Positions 40,324 through 53,516 of a stretch of DNA of 64,000 bases are shown piece after piece. How positions within the stretch are numbered: the first letter of the stretch is position 1; each line of letters starts with the position of its first letter. Origin of the DNA: Octopus vulgaris (taxonomy: Eukaryota); NCBI GenBank assembly GCA_951406725.2, contig OX597818.1:96596001-96660000 (forward strand), written 5' to 3'. The translations under genes were made by a program, and so were the position numbers. The notes beneath the pieces are model-generated. The model was not told the DNA's origin. It made no database searches and saw nothing but the letters and a program-made list of their open reading frames with translations.

Positions 40324-40644
40324 GGAGGTGGAAATAGCACAGAAGTAAGTCTAAGACATTTCAATTTAAGAGGGAATTTAATAAAAATGATTTTTAAAAT
40401 TATATAAAGAAAATATTACCGGTTTCGATGCATCTTATCTTATCAAATATCAGTAAAAATTTATAAAAATTTGGAGAAAAAACAGTTTTTCTTCTGTCTG
40501 GAGGTCAAGTTCTTGACCCCAGACAGAATATAAACTGTTTTTACTTCGGTAATATTTTCTTAATATAATTTTTAAAACCATTTTCGTTAAAATCCCTTTT
40601 AAATTGAAATATCTTAGACTTACTTCTGTGCTATTTTCACCTCC
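40324..40644. mobile_element. fold-back PLE-like terminus with HHR-like fold at 40412-40451(-)
   Basis: Inverted arms of about 98 bp (40324-40421 / 40547-40644) and a central hairpin near 40478-40543. Confidence 0.65.
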
Positions 40645-40752
40645 ACCTATATGTGCGTGTGTGAGTGTGTGTGTGTGTGTAGCACAAACAAATACATCCA
40701 TCCACCCATTCATCCATACACACATACATACATACATACATACATACATACA

Positions 40753-40784
<32 letters not shown>

Positions 40785-40790
40785 GATATA

Positions 40791-41172
40791 GGCGTGATAG
40801 TGTGGTAAGAAGCTTGCTTCCCAACCACACGGTTCTGGGTTCAGTCCTACTGCGTGGTACCTTGGACAAGTATTTTCTACTACAGCCACGGGTCGACCAA
40901 AACTTTGTGAGTAGATATGGAAGACGGAAACTGAAAGAAACCCGTTGTATATATACACGCACACACAAACACACACACCTACGTTTGTGTGTCTTTGTGT
41001 CTGTGTTTGTCCCCCCTCCACAGTATGACAACCGGTGTAGCGGAACAACAAAAGTGACCGATAGAATAAGTACTAGACTTTACAAAAGTTTATTTGTTCC
41101 CCTAATTACCTCCAAGTCGGTGCCCCATCATGGCTGTAGTAAAATGACTGAAACGAGTAGCATATAAAAGAT
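40791..41172 (+). mobile_element. SINE family A
   Basis: Homologous to 13364-13770. Confidence 0.85.
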
Positions 41173-41183
41173 AAATGATGTAA

Positions 41184-41232
<49 letters not shown>

Positions 41233-41233
<1 letters not shown>

Positions 41234-41617
41234 GAGCAAAACGCACCCCCGTCCAATGGACGGTGCTGAGTTGTCAAATATTTAAACCAAATTTTCTCAA
41301 AACAACTTGTCCGACCGTTCCATAGGCCTCCCCTTTGAGAAACACTGATTTAACCTAAATTTGAGACACCAGCAAAAGAAGAAATAAAGACAGACTTTTT
41401 TTCTATTCCAAGAAAAACGATTTTACAAATGCACGTTCCCACGGCTTTATCGATCGCATTCACTTGGAATCGATTTTTGTAATTTTTTCAAGACTTATAC
41501 GCGCCCTGATACCGTCGGTATCTACATATCAAATTTGAGCGCAATCGGATGGAGGATGCACCGAGATCCTAGAAGACACACACACACAGACGAACAGAAC
41601 GGATTTTATATAATAGA
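41233..41617 (-). mobile_element. non-autonomous Helitron-like element
   Basis: Minus strand A|TCTATTATATAAAA...(GT)n...ccgattgcgctcaaatttg; 3' hairpin CCGTCCATTGGACGG followed by CTCG|T. Confidence 0.7.
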
Positions 41618-43086
41618 TATGTATGTACAAACATATGATATATATATATATATATAAACATATGCATATGCGTGTATGTGTGTGTGTGCGTGCTTGTGCG
41701 TGCGTGCGCATGTGTGAGTGTATGTGTCAGTCGCAGAGCATTGCCCCCACTCCTGAAATTGTAACATAAGCGGTGTATACGCAGTACATAAGATATTTAT
41801 AGACACGTACATATACGCACGCGCACATACACGCACGCGCACATACACACACGCAATCACACACACACACAAACACACACACACACACTCACACACGCTG
41901 ACGTATATATGTTTCTATACCTGTATACATAAAAAGATACAAAGAGAGAGAGCGGGAATAGTTTAGCAGAAAGATATTTATGCTACAATGTACATGAATC
42001 TTATTTTACACTCAGTGAGCATAGATATATATATATATATATATATATATATGCTTGCATATATATATATATATCCTCAGTAGTTCATATAACCGAGAAG
42101 GAATCATACTTTAAAGCATTAGAGCAGTAATATATACATATGTGTTTGTTTGCGTGAGTGTGTGTGTTTGTAGAGAGAGAGAGAGATTATGTGCCTTCAA
42201 CCATTTAAGCCTGAAGAGTCAACAATACCGCTAAGCACTTTATAGGTGCGAAACCAATGGTCACTCAATGACAAGCCGTATCTTTTGATATCCTAATATA
42301 TAAATATGTGTGTGTGTATAAATATATGTGTGTATGTGTCTATATATATATTTACACGCACACACACATACATGCATACATACATGCATACATACATGCA
42401 TACAGACTGAAACAGACATATATGGTAGAATATATGCCATATCTATTGGAGGTGTGGGCTCGAATCCTACCGGCATCCTTCGACCTTTTCTATCCAGAAG
42501 AATTTTTCAACCCAATATTTACACGCTATTCATTATACCATTCTATTATATGCAGTTCGAGATCCTGTTCCGGAAAAGAACTATTCCACGTTCTCTAGAA
42601 ATTCTAGAAATTCTTATGACGTCAACAATATACATATATATATACATATATATAAGTATGTGTGTGTGTGTGTGTACATACATACATACATACATACATA
42701 CATACATACATACATACATGCATATGCTTGCATACAAGTCATACTCCTACGTATATTCATAGTTGTTAATCTACTCGCACGTGTATCGCATATGTTTTTT
42801 TAGCAGTCTATTTCTATATAGGAGTGACATCAGTATCTGCATATAGAGTCGACATATATTTATATATTTAAACATCCAGACATACGTTCGTGTACCGTTA
42901 GTATTATCATCATTATCGTATAAACAACTATGCCATATGTTCATATGCTTATATCCATTCTGTGTGTTTACGTATTGTTTAGTGTTTATTTTTATATTGA
43001 GATATAAAAACATATATATAGATTTGTATATATATACATTTATACATATATATATATATATACATATCTATGCATATATTTCTATG

Positions 43087-43138
<52 letters not shown>

Positions 43139-43151
43139 TGTAGATACATAA

Positions 43152-43214
<63 letters not shown>

Positions 43215-43243
43215 TAGAGAGATAGAGATAGATAGAGAGATAG

Positions 43244-43290
<47 letters not shown>

Positions 43291-43301
43291 GAGATAGAGA
43301 G

Positions 43302-43383
<82 letters not shown>
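43152..43383. repeat. (GATA)n/(GA)n microsatellite
   Basis: Directly visible. Confidence 0.95.
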
Positions 43384-43809
43384 TGTACGCACGCACACAG
43401 AAATAGAGTGAGACACACATTATGAGGCGGTGAACTCGCAAACTTGCTGGAGTATAGGACAGAATATCTCGTGCTATTTATTCCAATTCTCCGCTCTCCA
43501 AGTTCAAATCTCGCTGTGGCCAACTTTACCTTTCTTGTTTTCGGTATCAATGAAAAACATGTACCAATCTACGTCTTCAATGCCATCCTCAAGGTCAAAA
43601 TAATGTAGATTTGGATACTAGTTCTTGAGATGAAAGCGTCGATGAGGTTTTTACTAAAGGAGAAAGTCTCTGATATGTGTGACTACTTACGGCAGCACTA
43701 CCTTACTATATATGAATTCATGAAGCGTCGGCCCCGAATCTGCTAACCGATATTGATGTTCATATTCCGATTAACAAACCGTTATTCTGGCTAACAAGCA
43801 GTTCATCAT

Positions 43810-43900
43810 AACCAGGACTTATTTTTAAGCCCAGTACTTATTCTATAGATATCAAATAAGTTACAAGGATGGAAACACACCAACACCGGTTGTCAAGCAT

Positions 43901-43951
<51 letters not shown>

Positions 43952-44100
43952 TTTCAGTTTCCGTCTATCAAATCCACTCACAAGGCTTTGGCCGGCCCGA
44001 GGCTATAGTAAAAGACACTTGCCCAAGGTGCCTTGCAATAGGATTGAACCCGGAACTATGTAGCTAGAAAGCAGGATGCTTAGCACACAGCCATGCCTGC
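43810..44100 (-). mobile_element. SINE family A, degenerate
   Basis: tctttcagtttccgtctatcaaatccactcacaaggctttggccggcccgaggctatag. Confidence 0.8.
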
Positions 44101-44643
44101 TCACAAGTTAATTATCTAAGAAAAGAAATAAATCCAACATATTGGTTGTATTTTATACCTTGTAATTTCTTCTGTCACCCTTGGAGGGATGTCAGGCAAA
44201 ATCGATCTTCGGAAGTTCTAATAGGACAGCTACAGGATGAAACACAAAGGAAGGCGGACATATTGAATATATTGAACTATGTTCCTGTTTCACTCTTTTA
44301 CTTTTTTTTTTTTACTCAGTGAACTGCAGCCATGCTGTGGCACCGCCCTGTAGTTTTCGTTGAACAAATCGACTCCGCCACTTATTTCATATCTGGTACT
44401 TATCCTATCGAAGTGTTTTGTCGAAACGCTTAATTATGAGGATGTTAATTAAGCAACACCCATTGCCAAGCGATGAGAGGACAACTACAAACACAGACAT
44501 GCACACGAAGACACAGACACATGCAATTATACACATACATACATACATACATACATACATACATACATACATACATACATACATACATACATACATACAT
44601 ACATAAATACATACATACATACATACATACATACGTACATATA

Positions 44644-44705
<62 letters not shown>

Positions 44706-44706
44706 C

Positions 44707-44825
44707 AGGGGAAGAATTCACAAAAAAAAAGACGAAGACAGGTAGTGTAGACAACAAACAGATGTATTAGTATAACGCTTGGGAAGTGAAAAAGTCTTTA
44801 ACGTTTCGAGCTTACGCTCTTCCAC
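44707..44825 (-). mobile_element. PLE-like terminal repeat (CUGUGGA-HHR family), truncated in the core by a SINE A fragment
   Basis: Homologous to 53876-54065 and 59490-59680. Confidence 0.65.
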
Positions 44826-45054
44826 GTGAGTGGATTTGGTAGACGGAAATTTAAAGAAGCCTATATCTATATGTGTGTGTGTGTATTTGTGTGTCTATGT
44901 TTGTCTCCTCGCCATCGCTTGGCAACCGTTGTTGGTGTGTTTACGTCCCCGTAACCTAGCGGTTCAGCAAAAGAAAGACATAGAATAAGTGCCAGGCTTA
45001 CAAAGAATAAGTCCTGGAGTCGACTTGTTCTATTAAAGACGGTGGTCCAGCATA

Positions 45055-45114
<60 letters not shown>

Positions 45115-46706
45115 ATTATAATAATAAGGATATTAAATTAATTATATTTCGCCCCATATCTGTAATGACTATATATATATATACAACGAGTTTCTATACA
45201 GTTTGCGTCTATTGCGTCTACAAAATTAATTCACAAAGAATTTCTCACCCTGGGCCTATATTAGAAGACTTTTGATCAAGATGCCATGTAACTCAGTGGA
45301 ACTAAATTTGAACCTAGGGCCGAAAAGGAGAAAACTAATTTGCCCTAGTAGTTATTGCGTCTAACTTGGCCATTTCTACTCCTCTTACATAATGAAGAGT
45401 ACAAACTCAAGTACACCAAAAATAAACCAGATGTTTTCGTTATATGATCCTCTATCTATTTTTCTTATCAAAAATGTTACTGCTAACGTCTAAATATTTA
45501 TTCACAGGTAATTACAATATAAAGGAGAAACAAAAAAGATATATGGAGCTGTCTCTCATCATCTGTTTCTATCTTGTTTACCGGAAGTAAATAACTTATC
45601 ATTTGCCAATTTAGTGAGATGCTATTACGTGTTTCAAATATGTCTTATCAAATTTACCTCAAACATATGTTCAATGTTTCCAGAGATGTGTCTCAACAGA
45701 ACAAAAACAAAGCAAAACAAAGGCAAATAAAAAACGATGACAAGAATATTTACAAATGTATAAAGGCGCAGACATGGCTGTATGGCTAGGGAGAAGTTCG
45801 CATTGTAATCAATACGTTCCTTGTTTCAACCCCACAATGTGGATACTCCGATATCAGTGCTATATCGTAGCCCCATGTGACCAATGGACTACGATAGACG
45901 AAAACTCTGTGAAAGCACGTCAAGTGTGTACATGCAGGCATACATACATGTATACATACTTATATTCATACATACATCTACACACGTTTGCACACACACG
46001 CACACACACATACACACACACACACATATATATATATTATGTATAGATATACATACATACAAACATGCATGCATACATATATACATACATTGTTGAAATT
46101 CCAATAAAGAAGCTTTGGATCTAGGTTAGAAACCGACTTTCTATTGGGAAGAAATCTTGAAATAAACTGAATAATGACATAAATGTATACATACATTCAT
46201 ACCTACCAACCTACCTACCTACCTACCTACCTAGATACATACATACATACATACATACATACATACATACATACATACATACATACATACATACATACAT
46301 ACATACATACAATCTGTAAGTGGATGAGTCAAAATTTGTCAGAGTTTTCTCGAATTTAAAATATGACTTTGTTTTTGTTATCTACACTCCAACGATCTAG
46401 CTTTCTATCTTTCTTAGAACCCAGTTCCTTCCTCGGAGGAAGAATTCGAATAATTAAAAACAGAAGAGAACAATTTTCTATTTATATACAACGTAAGATT
46501 TCTATTTATGCATTACATAAGATTTCTATTTATATACAACGTAAGATTCACTGCATATCATGCAAAGACGGTCTGGAACACCCAGTTGAATATTCTGATG
46601 CTTAGAAGATCCCATATTTTTTGAGACGACGTTATAATGGCCAAATAACGTTACCTGACCTAACGTATTGTGTTTTATATAGACACCTTAAATACATGCA
46701 TAAATA

Positions 46707-46816
46707 CGAGGGGTGTATATAAAGTTTTGAGCCTTCAAGGCCTTTGAGCCTTGAAGTCTTGTACTGTTTTGTTTTGTTTTGTTTTTTGAGGCTCAAGACT
46801 TTTCATACACCCTTCA
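46707..46816. mobile_element. mariner-type MITE, about 110 bp, TA-flanked
   Basis: Left TIR cgaggggtgtatataaagttttgagcct vs reverse-complemented right TIR tgaagggtgtatgaaaagtcttgagcct; TA on both sides. Confidence 0.75.
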
Positions 46817-47072
46817 TACAAAGAGTTAAAGACGAAAAAACGCTGCCATAACCTTAAGGTCCAGAGATTTAATTTGCGGTCGGATGGTTCTGTGTTCGAT
46901 CCAATTGTGCTGCACCTTGAATACGTGTCTCTTGTAGAAAACACGCATTCAAAGGGCAGCACGTTTTCAGCGAAATAACATTGGGCTAGCCAATGCCTTG
47001 TTAAACAGAAACTAAGCAAAAACCCGTCATATATATGTGAATATGGCTTTCTCGTTCTTCCACCTCACTCCT

Positions 47073-47116
<44 letters not shown>

Positions 47117-47289
47117 TCACTCTCACTGTCTTTTCTTCTCTCTCTCTCTTTCTCTCTTTCTTTCTCTTTCCCTCTTTCTTTCTCTTTCCCCTCTCTCTGA
47201 ATTCTATGTCTTTCTGTGAATTTTTCGCCGTGCTCACGTCCTGTGTATGTGTGTGCGCGTGTTAGTCTACAGTACCTAAAAGTAGTGTC

Positions 47290-48231
47290 ACCAAAACAGA
47301 TTCAATGCTCAGTCAGCCCTGCCAAATCCCCAGCGTCCAAACAGTCACGCCCTATCGTCTCAAACTGAGATTGTGTTGCAGGGAATTAGTAATAATGGTA
47401 CCTGACAAGAAAAGGAAAAGTGCCAGGGAAAACACAGCAAGATTCTTTAAAGTTGATAAAAAGGAGTATATGAGGGCGTACAAGAACGGAAAGCTGAGTT
47501 GGGAAGATGGCGTAATTATCAAATGCAACCAACTGAAAAAGAGATTCATGGAAAGTGAATCAGAGAAGTTGGAGGAATCGATGTAATGGTTGTACAAATG
47601 AGAAGAAAAGAAAACATACAGAGTTCTTGAATATAGATGCCAAGCGCAAAAAATATTAAACTGTACGAAAAAATCTCAAAATAGTGAGGTGGGGGGAATA
47701 AAAAAATTTATTGCTAATTAAAATGACACTTCCTATGAAAAACTTAAAAGGGGAGATGTAGGGAAATAGTAATAATGGTACACCTCTCCCACGTGACGAC
47801 TGGAATAACATAGTCACTATAAGTAAAGAGAAATACGTGAAGTACCAGAGTACATAGGAGGCGGAAAGAGGGGCATGTCGATGTCGTCCAATAATGTTGT
47901 GGGACGTTGGATGGAAGGTCCAGTTAAGATGCTAGGGGTTTGGTTTGGTCTGGATCTCCAGGTAGAGAAGAACTGGAGTGAGGTCACAAGCAAGGTAACT
48001 GTCCTAACCCAGATTTGGTCTGGAAGGACGTTATCGCTGCTAGGGAGGGCGGAGGTGGTACAGTATATGCAAAATAGGAATTTTTGATTTTTATCGTTCT
48101 CTGTAAAATTTTTAAATACCCATTAGATTTCATTGTATTTGTCATTTTCATTGTAATCACACTGCTTGTTCGCGTGTCTGTCCATGTAATGTCACCTCCG
48201 TATTGGGCCCTGTGTGCCCAATAAAAGAAAT
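47290..48231 (+). mobile_element. internally deleted Tx1/L1-like LINE
   Basis: K/E-rich ORF1-like piece, then GPVKMLGVWFGLDLQVEKNWSEV..WSGRTLSLLGRAEVV, then a 3'UTR ending gtgcccaataaaagaaa. Confidence 0.7.
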
Positions 48232-49024
48232 CATACGTAGTAGGCGATCGGAGTTACCAAGTATACTGTATACCTAAGTGGGCGTTATAACAATCCAATA
48301 TTTTAAGGATTATAACAGATTGGCCACATGTGCTCATAGTGTGAAAGTTAAAGCCATATCACTTCACAAATATTATTAATTTTCCGAATGGAATATCACT
48401 TTTGAAATACCATTAGGGTTATTCAAACCTAGCAACGACAGTATCAGGCGGATTATGGATTTTTACTCTCAAACACAAGAATAGTTTTTTTTGTTTTTTT
48501 TTAAATTTTTATTTTTTGTTATCAGTAAGTCATCTAGGTTCTTTGAAATGCAACTGTCGTTTACAAGCGTGTTTGTCTATGTACGTGTGGTGGCGGTGTA
48601 TATGTGTGCGCGCATGTATCTGGTAAATGCCACCTCATTTCTTTTACTTCTCACAAGGCTTGTTGGTGTATTACTTCGTAAGTATAGGCGCACATCTTAG
48701 TACCATTCACACTGGTAATGTGAAATATCGTGAGACCTGTGCCTATATATGTACGATAAGATCTCCCTCTCTATATGTGTGTATATATATATGTATGTGT
48801 GTGTGTGTGTGTGCATATATAATTTAGAGAAAACCCTCTGTTAAACAATTCAATAATGAAAGATGTTATTCACACCATATAGAAAACATACACTATAAAA
48901 ACCTTATTATAAAAATCAATAAAATACAAAAACAATAAATAGTAAATAGTAGTAAAAATACTATTATTATTAACTATTTGAAAATATAGCTACGAAACGT
49001 GCGTAGTCTTTTTGCTACAATTTT

Positions 49025-49490
49025 CTTTGCCTTTCATCCTTTTGGGGTCGATTAAATAAGTATCAATTAATCCGTTTGTCTGTCCTTGTTTGTCCTCTTT
49101 GTGTTTAGCCCCTTGTGGGTAGTAAAGAAATAGGTATTTCGTCTGCCGCTACGTTCTGAGTTCAAATTCCGCCGAGGTCGACTTTGCCTTTCATCCTTTT
49201 GGCGGTCGATTAAATAAGTACCAGTTACGCACTGGGGTCGATATAATCGACTTAATCCGTTTGTCTGTCCTTATTTGTCCTCTCTCTGTGTTTAGCCCCT
49301 TGTGGGTAGTAAAGAAATAGGTATTTTGTCTGTCTTTATGTTCTGGGTTCAAATTCCGCCGAGGTCGACTTTGCCTTTCATCCTTTCGGGGTCTATAAAT
49401 TAAGTACCAGTGAAATACTGGAGTCAATGTAAGCGACTACGCCCCTCCCCCAAAATTTCAGGCCTTGTGCTTATAGCAGAAAGGATTACT
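49025..49490 (+). mobile_element. SINE family B multimer (at least three core units)
   Basis: gcctttcatccttt core near 49029, 49186 and 49373. Confidence 0.85.
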
Positions 49491-50812
49491 ATAATAGGTA
49501 AAATCGTTACAGCGTCGCATAAAATTCCTTTATAGTTTTCTTTCGTCTCTAAGTTCAAATCCCGCAGAGATCAATTTTGTGCTTCATCTTTCCGGGTCGA
49601 TAAAATAAAGTAACAATTATGTACTGAGATCGATTTCATTGACTAACCTTTCGTTTCAGGTTTGTACCTTGGTGCCTGTGATAAAAGCGTTCATCATAAT
49701 TCTGGTTTAATGGTGTGAAAGATAAACTCCATCAGCCTTGAATAGCATGGTAAACTATCTCTCCTAACATTCAGAGGAAAACTAGTACCTAATTCCAACA
49801 TCTTAATTAACTGAGCTGTGTAACAAATAGGAACACACAAGTCAGTAACTGCTGGTTCACTTTTTTCTCAAATCGATTATTTTTCCTCTAATTGGTAAAA
49901 TTAATATTATCAATATACTGAAATAAAATTGACTGCTTTCGCTTTACAAAATACATTTCAAAGATAATGGAATGGTATCTGAGGCAAAGAAAGCAATTAT
50001 TAGATTTGTGTTTCATAATGATAATTTTCTAATCAACAGAACTAGAAAATTAAATTTATTGCATATTTAAATCCCTGAAATTTCTCATTTAATTTAGAAA
50101 GATTTTCGTAATAATTTAAGCATTTCCTATACTGATTTTACTTTTTACATTTTCATTTTTTGTTTTCTAATTCTCAACCAATTTCACTGTTTTTTAACTA
50201 GGTTCTCTCCTGATTATAAGATTTTGATTAGATATGGCTTACGAAGTTCTATACTCTTCATTGTGGTATCACTGGAATAGCGGTCATTAACTATGAATAG
50301 TAAATTATATAAAAAAAGATAACATACTTAAGAAAAAAATAACGAAAACGAAACCTAAACGAAATACAAAATAAAATTAATATTAATATTTAATACTTAA
50401 AATATAAATATGAAAACAGCTCTCAATCAACAACTACTGAACGAAATAATTTATTACCGAAAAATTATATCGCATCAAATATTTTGTAAGGATTTTTAAT
50501 TCTTTTTTTTTCAGTTTTCGATTATTTCTTGCTTATTCATCTGTTCTTCCGTCTCATCGAATTTAATTTCCTACACGATTAAATAAAATTAATAGAAACG
50601 AATTAAATTAGAAAAAGATAGATATATTAATAGACCAAACATTTTAAATAGTTAGGCAGGAAGCTAGATAGTTTGGTAGAAAAACAGATTGACAAGCAAA
50701 CAGATCAGTTGAGAGAGAAACGATAAAGGGGACGACAAACCAAATGCAGAATCAGGAAATAATATTGGTAGACATCGTAACAGATTTTTTGTGAAAGATA
50801 AAGTGGAAAGGA

Positions 50813-50917
<105 letters not shown>

Positions 50918-52000
50918 CAGACAAACAGAGCATAGGCACGGACGTGTGGTTGAGAAAATGTAAGATTACGGGTTTGAAGGCCTGCGTTGGCGCCTAGAAA
51001 AAATATAGTTCAAATAGCGCAGAGGAAAAGTCCAGTGTTTCTAGCAGCACTCTTCGCCAGAAAAATATGTTTTTCTGTGACACAATAAATGAATGAAAAC
51101 AGCAAAGTAAGCGTAAAAAAGATACATGGTCTAAACAGTGTATAATGCATCGAAAAAGACAAGAAACACTAAGGCAAAATGTGAGTTATTGGAGAAAAGC
51201 TTTTGGTAAATCTGCACCACTGTATTCATTCCTGTCATTAATATAATACCCAAGGTGCAACATATTTGAAAAAAGACTGATTAAGCATACCAAGTTGATA
51301 AGTGAAAGCCGAATTCCAAATCTGCCTGATTGTTTAAAGAGCTGGAAGTGTGAAAGCCGTGAGTAGGATATATTAATCACATACAATTGCGCACTTATTC
51401 ATGAAACAAGTTGGGGATAATAGTTTCTAAGTTCCAGATCCAAATATACTACGTGCGTAATACTCAGCAAAATGTGCAAGTCTAAACTGGACTGTGATGA
51501 CATAGTCACAAGAATACTATTCTGTTGACATAAATAAGCATTCCTGTAGAGTTGCTGTGTTTTATTTTTTTATCATTCTTCAGGAATAGGCAACTTTTTA
51601 CGAGAAGCAGGCAGCATGAAACACGACTCCTCATCAGACAGGCCGTACTACTAAAAGAACTGAAGGCAATTTTTTGTTAGTTGTATCATCCAGAAAGTCC
51701 CACGAGCCGCAGCTTGCCCATAACAGTTCTAGATATTCCAAATATTCATCTAGTCTAAAGTGCCAGCTCAGACCTTATGGTCGTACAGCAAGCAGTTTGA
51801 ATGTGCATTTAATGGTGAGACGGCTATTATGATTCGTAATGAAGTAATATGTAGTACGTATGTGCGTATGTGTGTGTACGTGTGAGAGTCTGTGTGCAGG
51901 TGTGCATGTCGGCGTGTGGTGGTGGTGGTGGTGATGATGGTGGGTAGGACTTTGTCGTGTTATACTTCGAAGGCAATTAGTCACATGTTTGGCTCGCACA

Positions 52001-52068
<68 letters not shown>

Positions 52069-52072
<4 letters not shown>

Positions 52073-52269
52073 TATAAGTAAAAAGTTCGTTATAGGCATG
52101 TATAAGATAAAATCTTATATAAAACACTACTAACAATTATAAAAATGAAGAGATGTTAAAAGTTCAAATTAGAATTTAACATCTCTTCTCCATTTTTATA
52201 ATTGTTAGTAGTGTTTTATATAAGATTTTATCTTATACATGCCTATAACGAACTTTTTACTTTTATCTG
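52069..52269. repeat. near-perfect palindrome of about 200 bp within (TA)n
   Basis: aagtaaaaagttcgttataggcatgtataagataaaatc... and its reverse complement. Confidence 0.9.
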
Positions 52270-52348
52270 TATATACATATATATATATATACAGATAAAA
52301 GTAAATAAATAAATGGAGTTGAACGAAGATGTTAACAAAATTCCTTTA

Positions 52349-52430
52349 CTCTCGACATATGTTTCGAAGACAACATGGTTTTATTCCAAAGGAATAAACG
52401 GTGTAAGATGCAATCTTCTCATCAGGAAAG
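52349..52430 (-). ncRNA. type I hammerhead ribozyme with extended helix II insert
   Basis: CUUUC-CUGAUGA-GAAGA-[insert with uuuauucc/ggaauaaa hairpin]-UCUUC-GAAAC-AUAU-GUC/GAGAG; canonical core and GUC site. Confidence 0.8.
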
Positions 52431-52719
52431 AAAGGGAGCCTCTCTCAACAACAAGACAAAATAATAATTACGATGACTGCCTACATGGTAAACAAAACTT
52501 TAATAAGTGTTTTAAAAAACCGCTAGTGGAATTGACGTCAAAGTTAGAAAGTAGGGAGAGAAGGGTTAAAGGAATAATAAGTAGGGAACAAATGGAGAGG
52601 GAGGGGTACGTTGATTAAAAGAATGTTCAAAGGCTTAGGAAAGAATTTCTCTATTGAAGTGGACTGCACGTTAAACTAATTGTTCAAACTATAATGACTA
52701 TCGAAATCATTTATATGAG

Positions 52720-52932
52720 TAAAAAGTATGTTTCTGCCAGTGTTTACATTTGTACGATTTCTCTATAAGTGTGTTTACAAGGGGATCCTTAGAGAAGAGG
52801 ATATGGAAGAGTTCAGAGTTGCAAATGTTACAAAATATTCTGCCCTAATCAAAAGGAAAGGATACAGACAGTATGAACCAATCTAATTTAAAATCTATAT
52901 TATTGTCTTTAAGACGCCAAACTAATTTACAC
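52720..52932 (-). pseudogene. Penelope-like element GIY-YIG endonuclease, C-terminal half
   Basis: LCKLVWRLKDNNIDFKLDWFIL...CNICNSELFHILF...VNTLIEKSYKCKHWQK (cf. LSKYIW.LK...W.I...C.LC..EK..I...LN...E...CRH). Confidence 0.75.
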
Positions 52933-52956
52933 AGGATAATTCATTCCCCTATCGAA

Positions 52957-52987
<31 letters not shown>

Positions 52988-53199
52988 CAGCGACTCGATC
53001 TAAGAATATCTGAAGAAGGAATTATATTCCGAAATATCATCAGACTATGGATGACTAAATTACAACAGGTATATAGCCCATTGTTTGTATTATAGTGCGT
53101 TGTTGTACCATTCAAAACTTTTTATTCTTTACAAACAATACACAATGCTTCAAGCGAACTACAATACTCTTCTATATATCTATCTATATCTATATCTAC

Positions 53200-53237
<38 letters not shown>

Positions 53238-53262
53238 ATCAATATCTATCTACATCTATCTA

Positions 53263-53329
<67 letters not shown>

Positions 53330-53330
53330 T

Positions 53331-53496
53331 AGTTTCAGCTCAGAGCTGCGGCCATGCTGATGCACCGCCGTTGGGAATGCTTACAGCACCTAGGTTTCCC
53401 AAGCGGTCACCCATCTAAGTACTAACAAGACTCGATGCTGCTTAACTTCGGTGAGCGGACGAGAACCGGTGCTTTCAACGTGATATGGCCGTTGTA
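53331..53496 (-). mobile_element. 5S rRNA-derived SINE (SINE3-like) with a family A-type 3' tail
   Basis: The 5S sequence is followed by attcccaacggcggtgcatcagcatggccgcagctctgagctgaaac; flanked by (TA)n. Confidence 0.7.
53379..53496 (-). rRNA. 5S rRNA-like sequence, near full length; probably a retroposed copy or SINE head rather than a functional gene
   Basis: acggccatatcacgttgaaagcaccggttctcgtccgctcaccgaagttaagcagc...ttagtacttagatgggtgaccgcttgggaaacctaggtgctgtaagc; no oligo-T terminator follows. Confidence 0.85.
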
Positions 53497-53516
53497 TATA
53501 TATATATATGTATATA

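Noticed and set aside
42440-42480. tRNA-Leu-like T-arm (ggaggtgtgggctcgaatcctacc)
   Set aside because: Only a 3' fragment; no D-arm or acceptor stem, so not a tRNA gene.
53379-53496. Functional 5S rDNA unit
   Set aside because: Single copy, mismatched terminal stem, no oligo-T terminator, and fused to a SINE tail.
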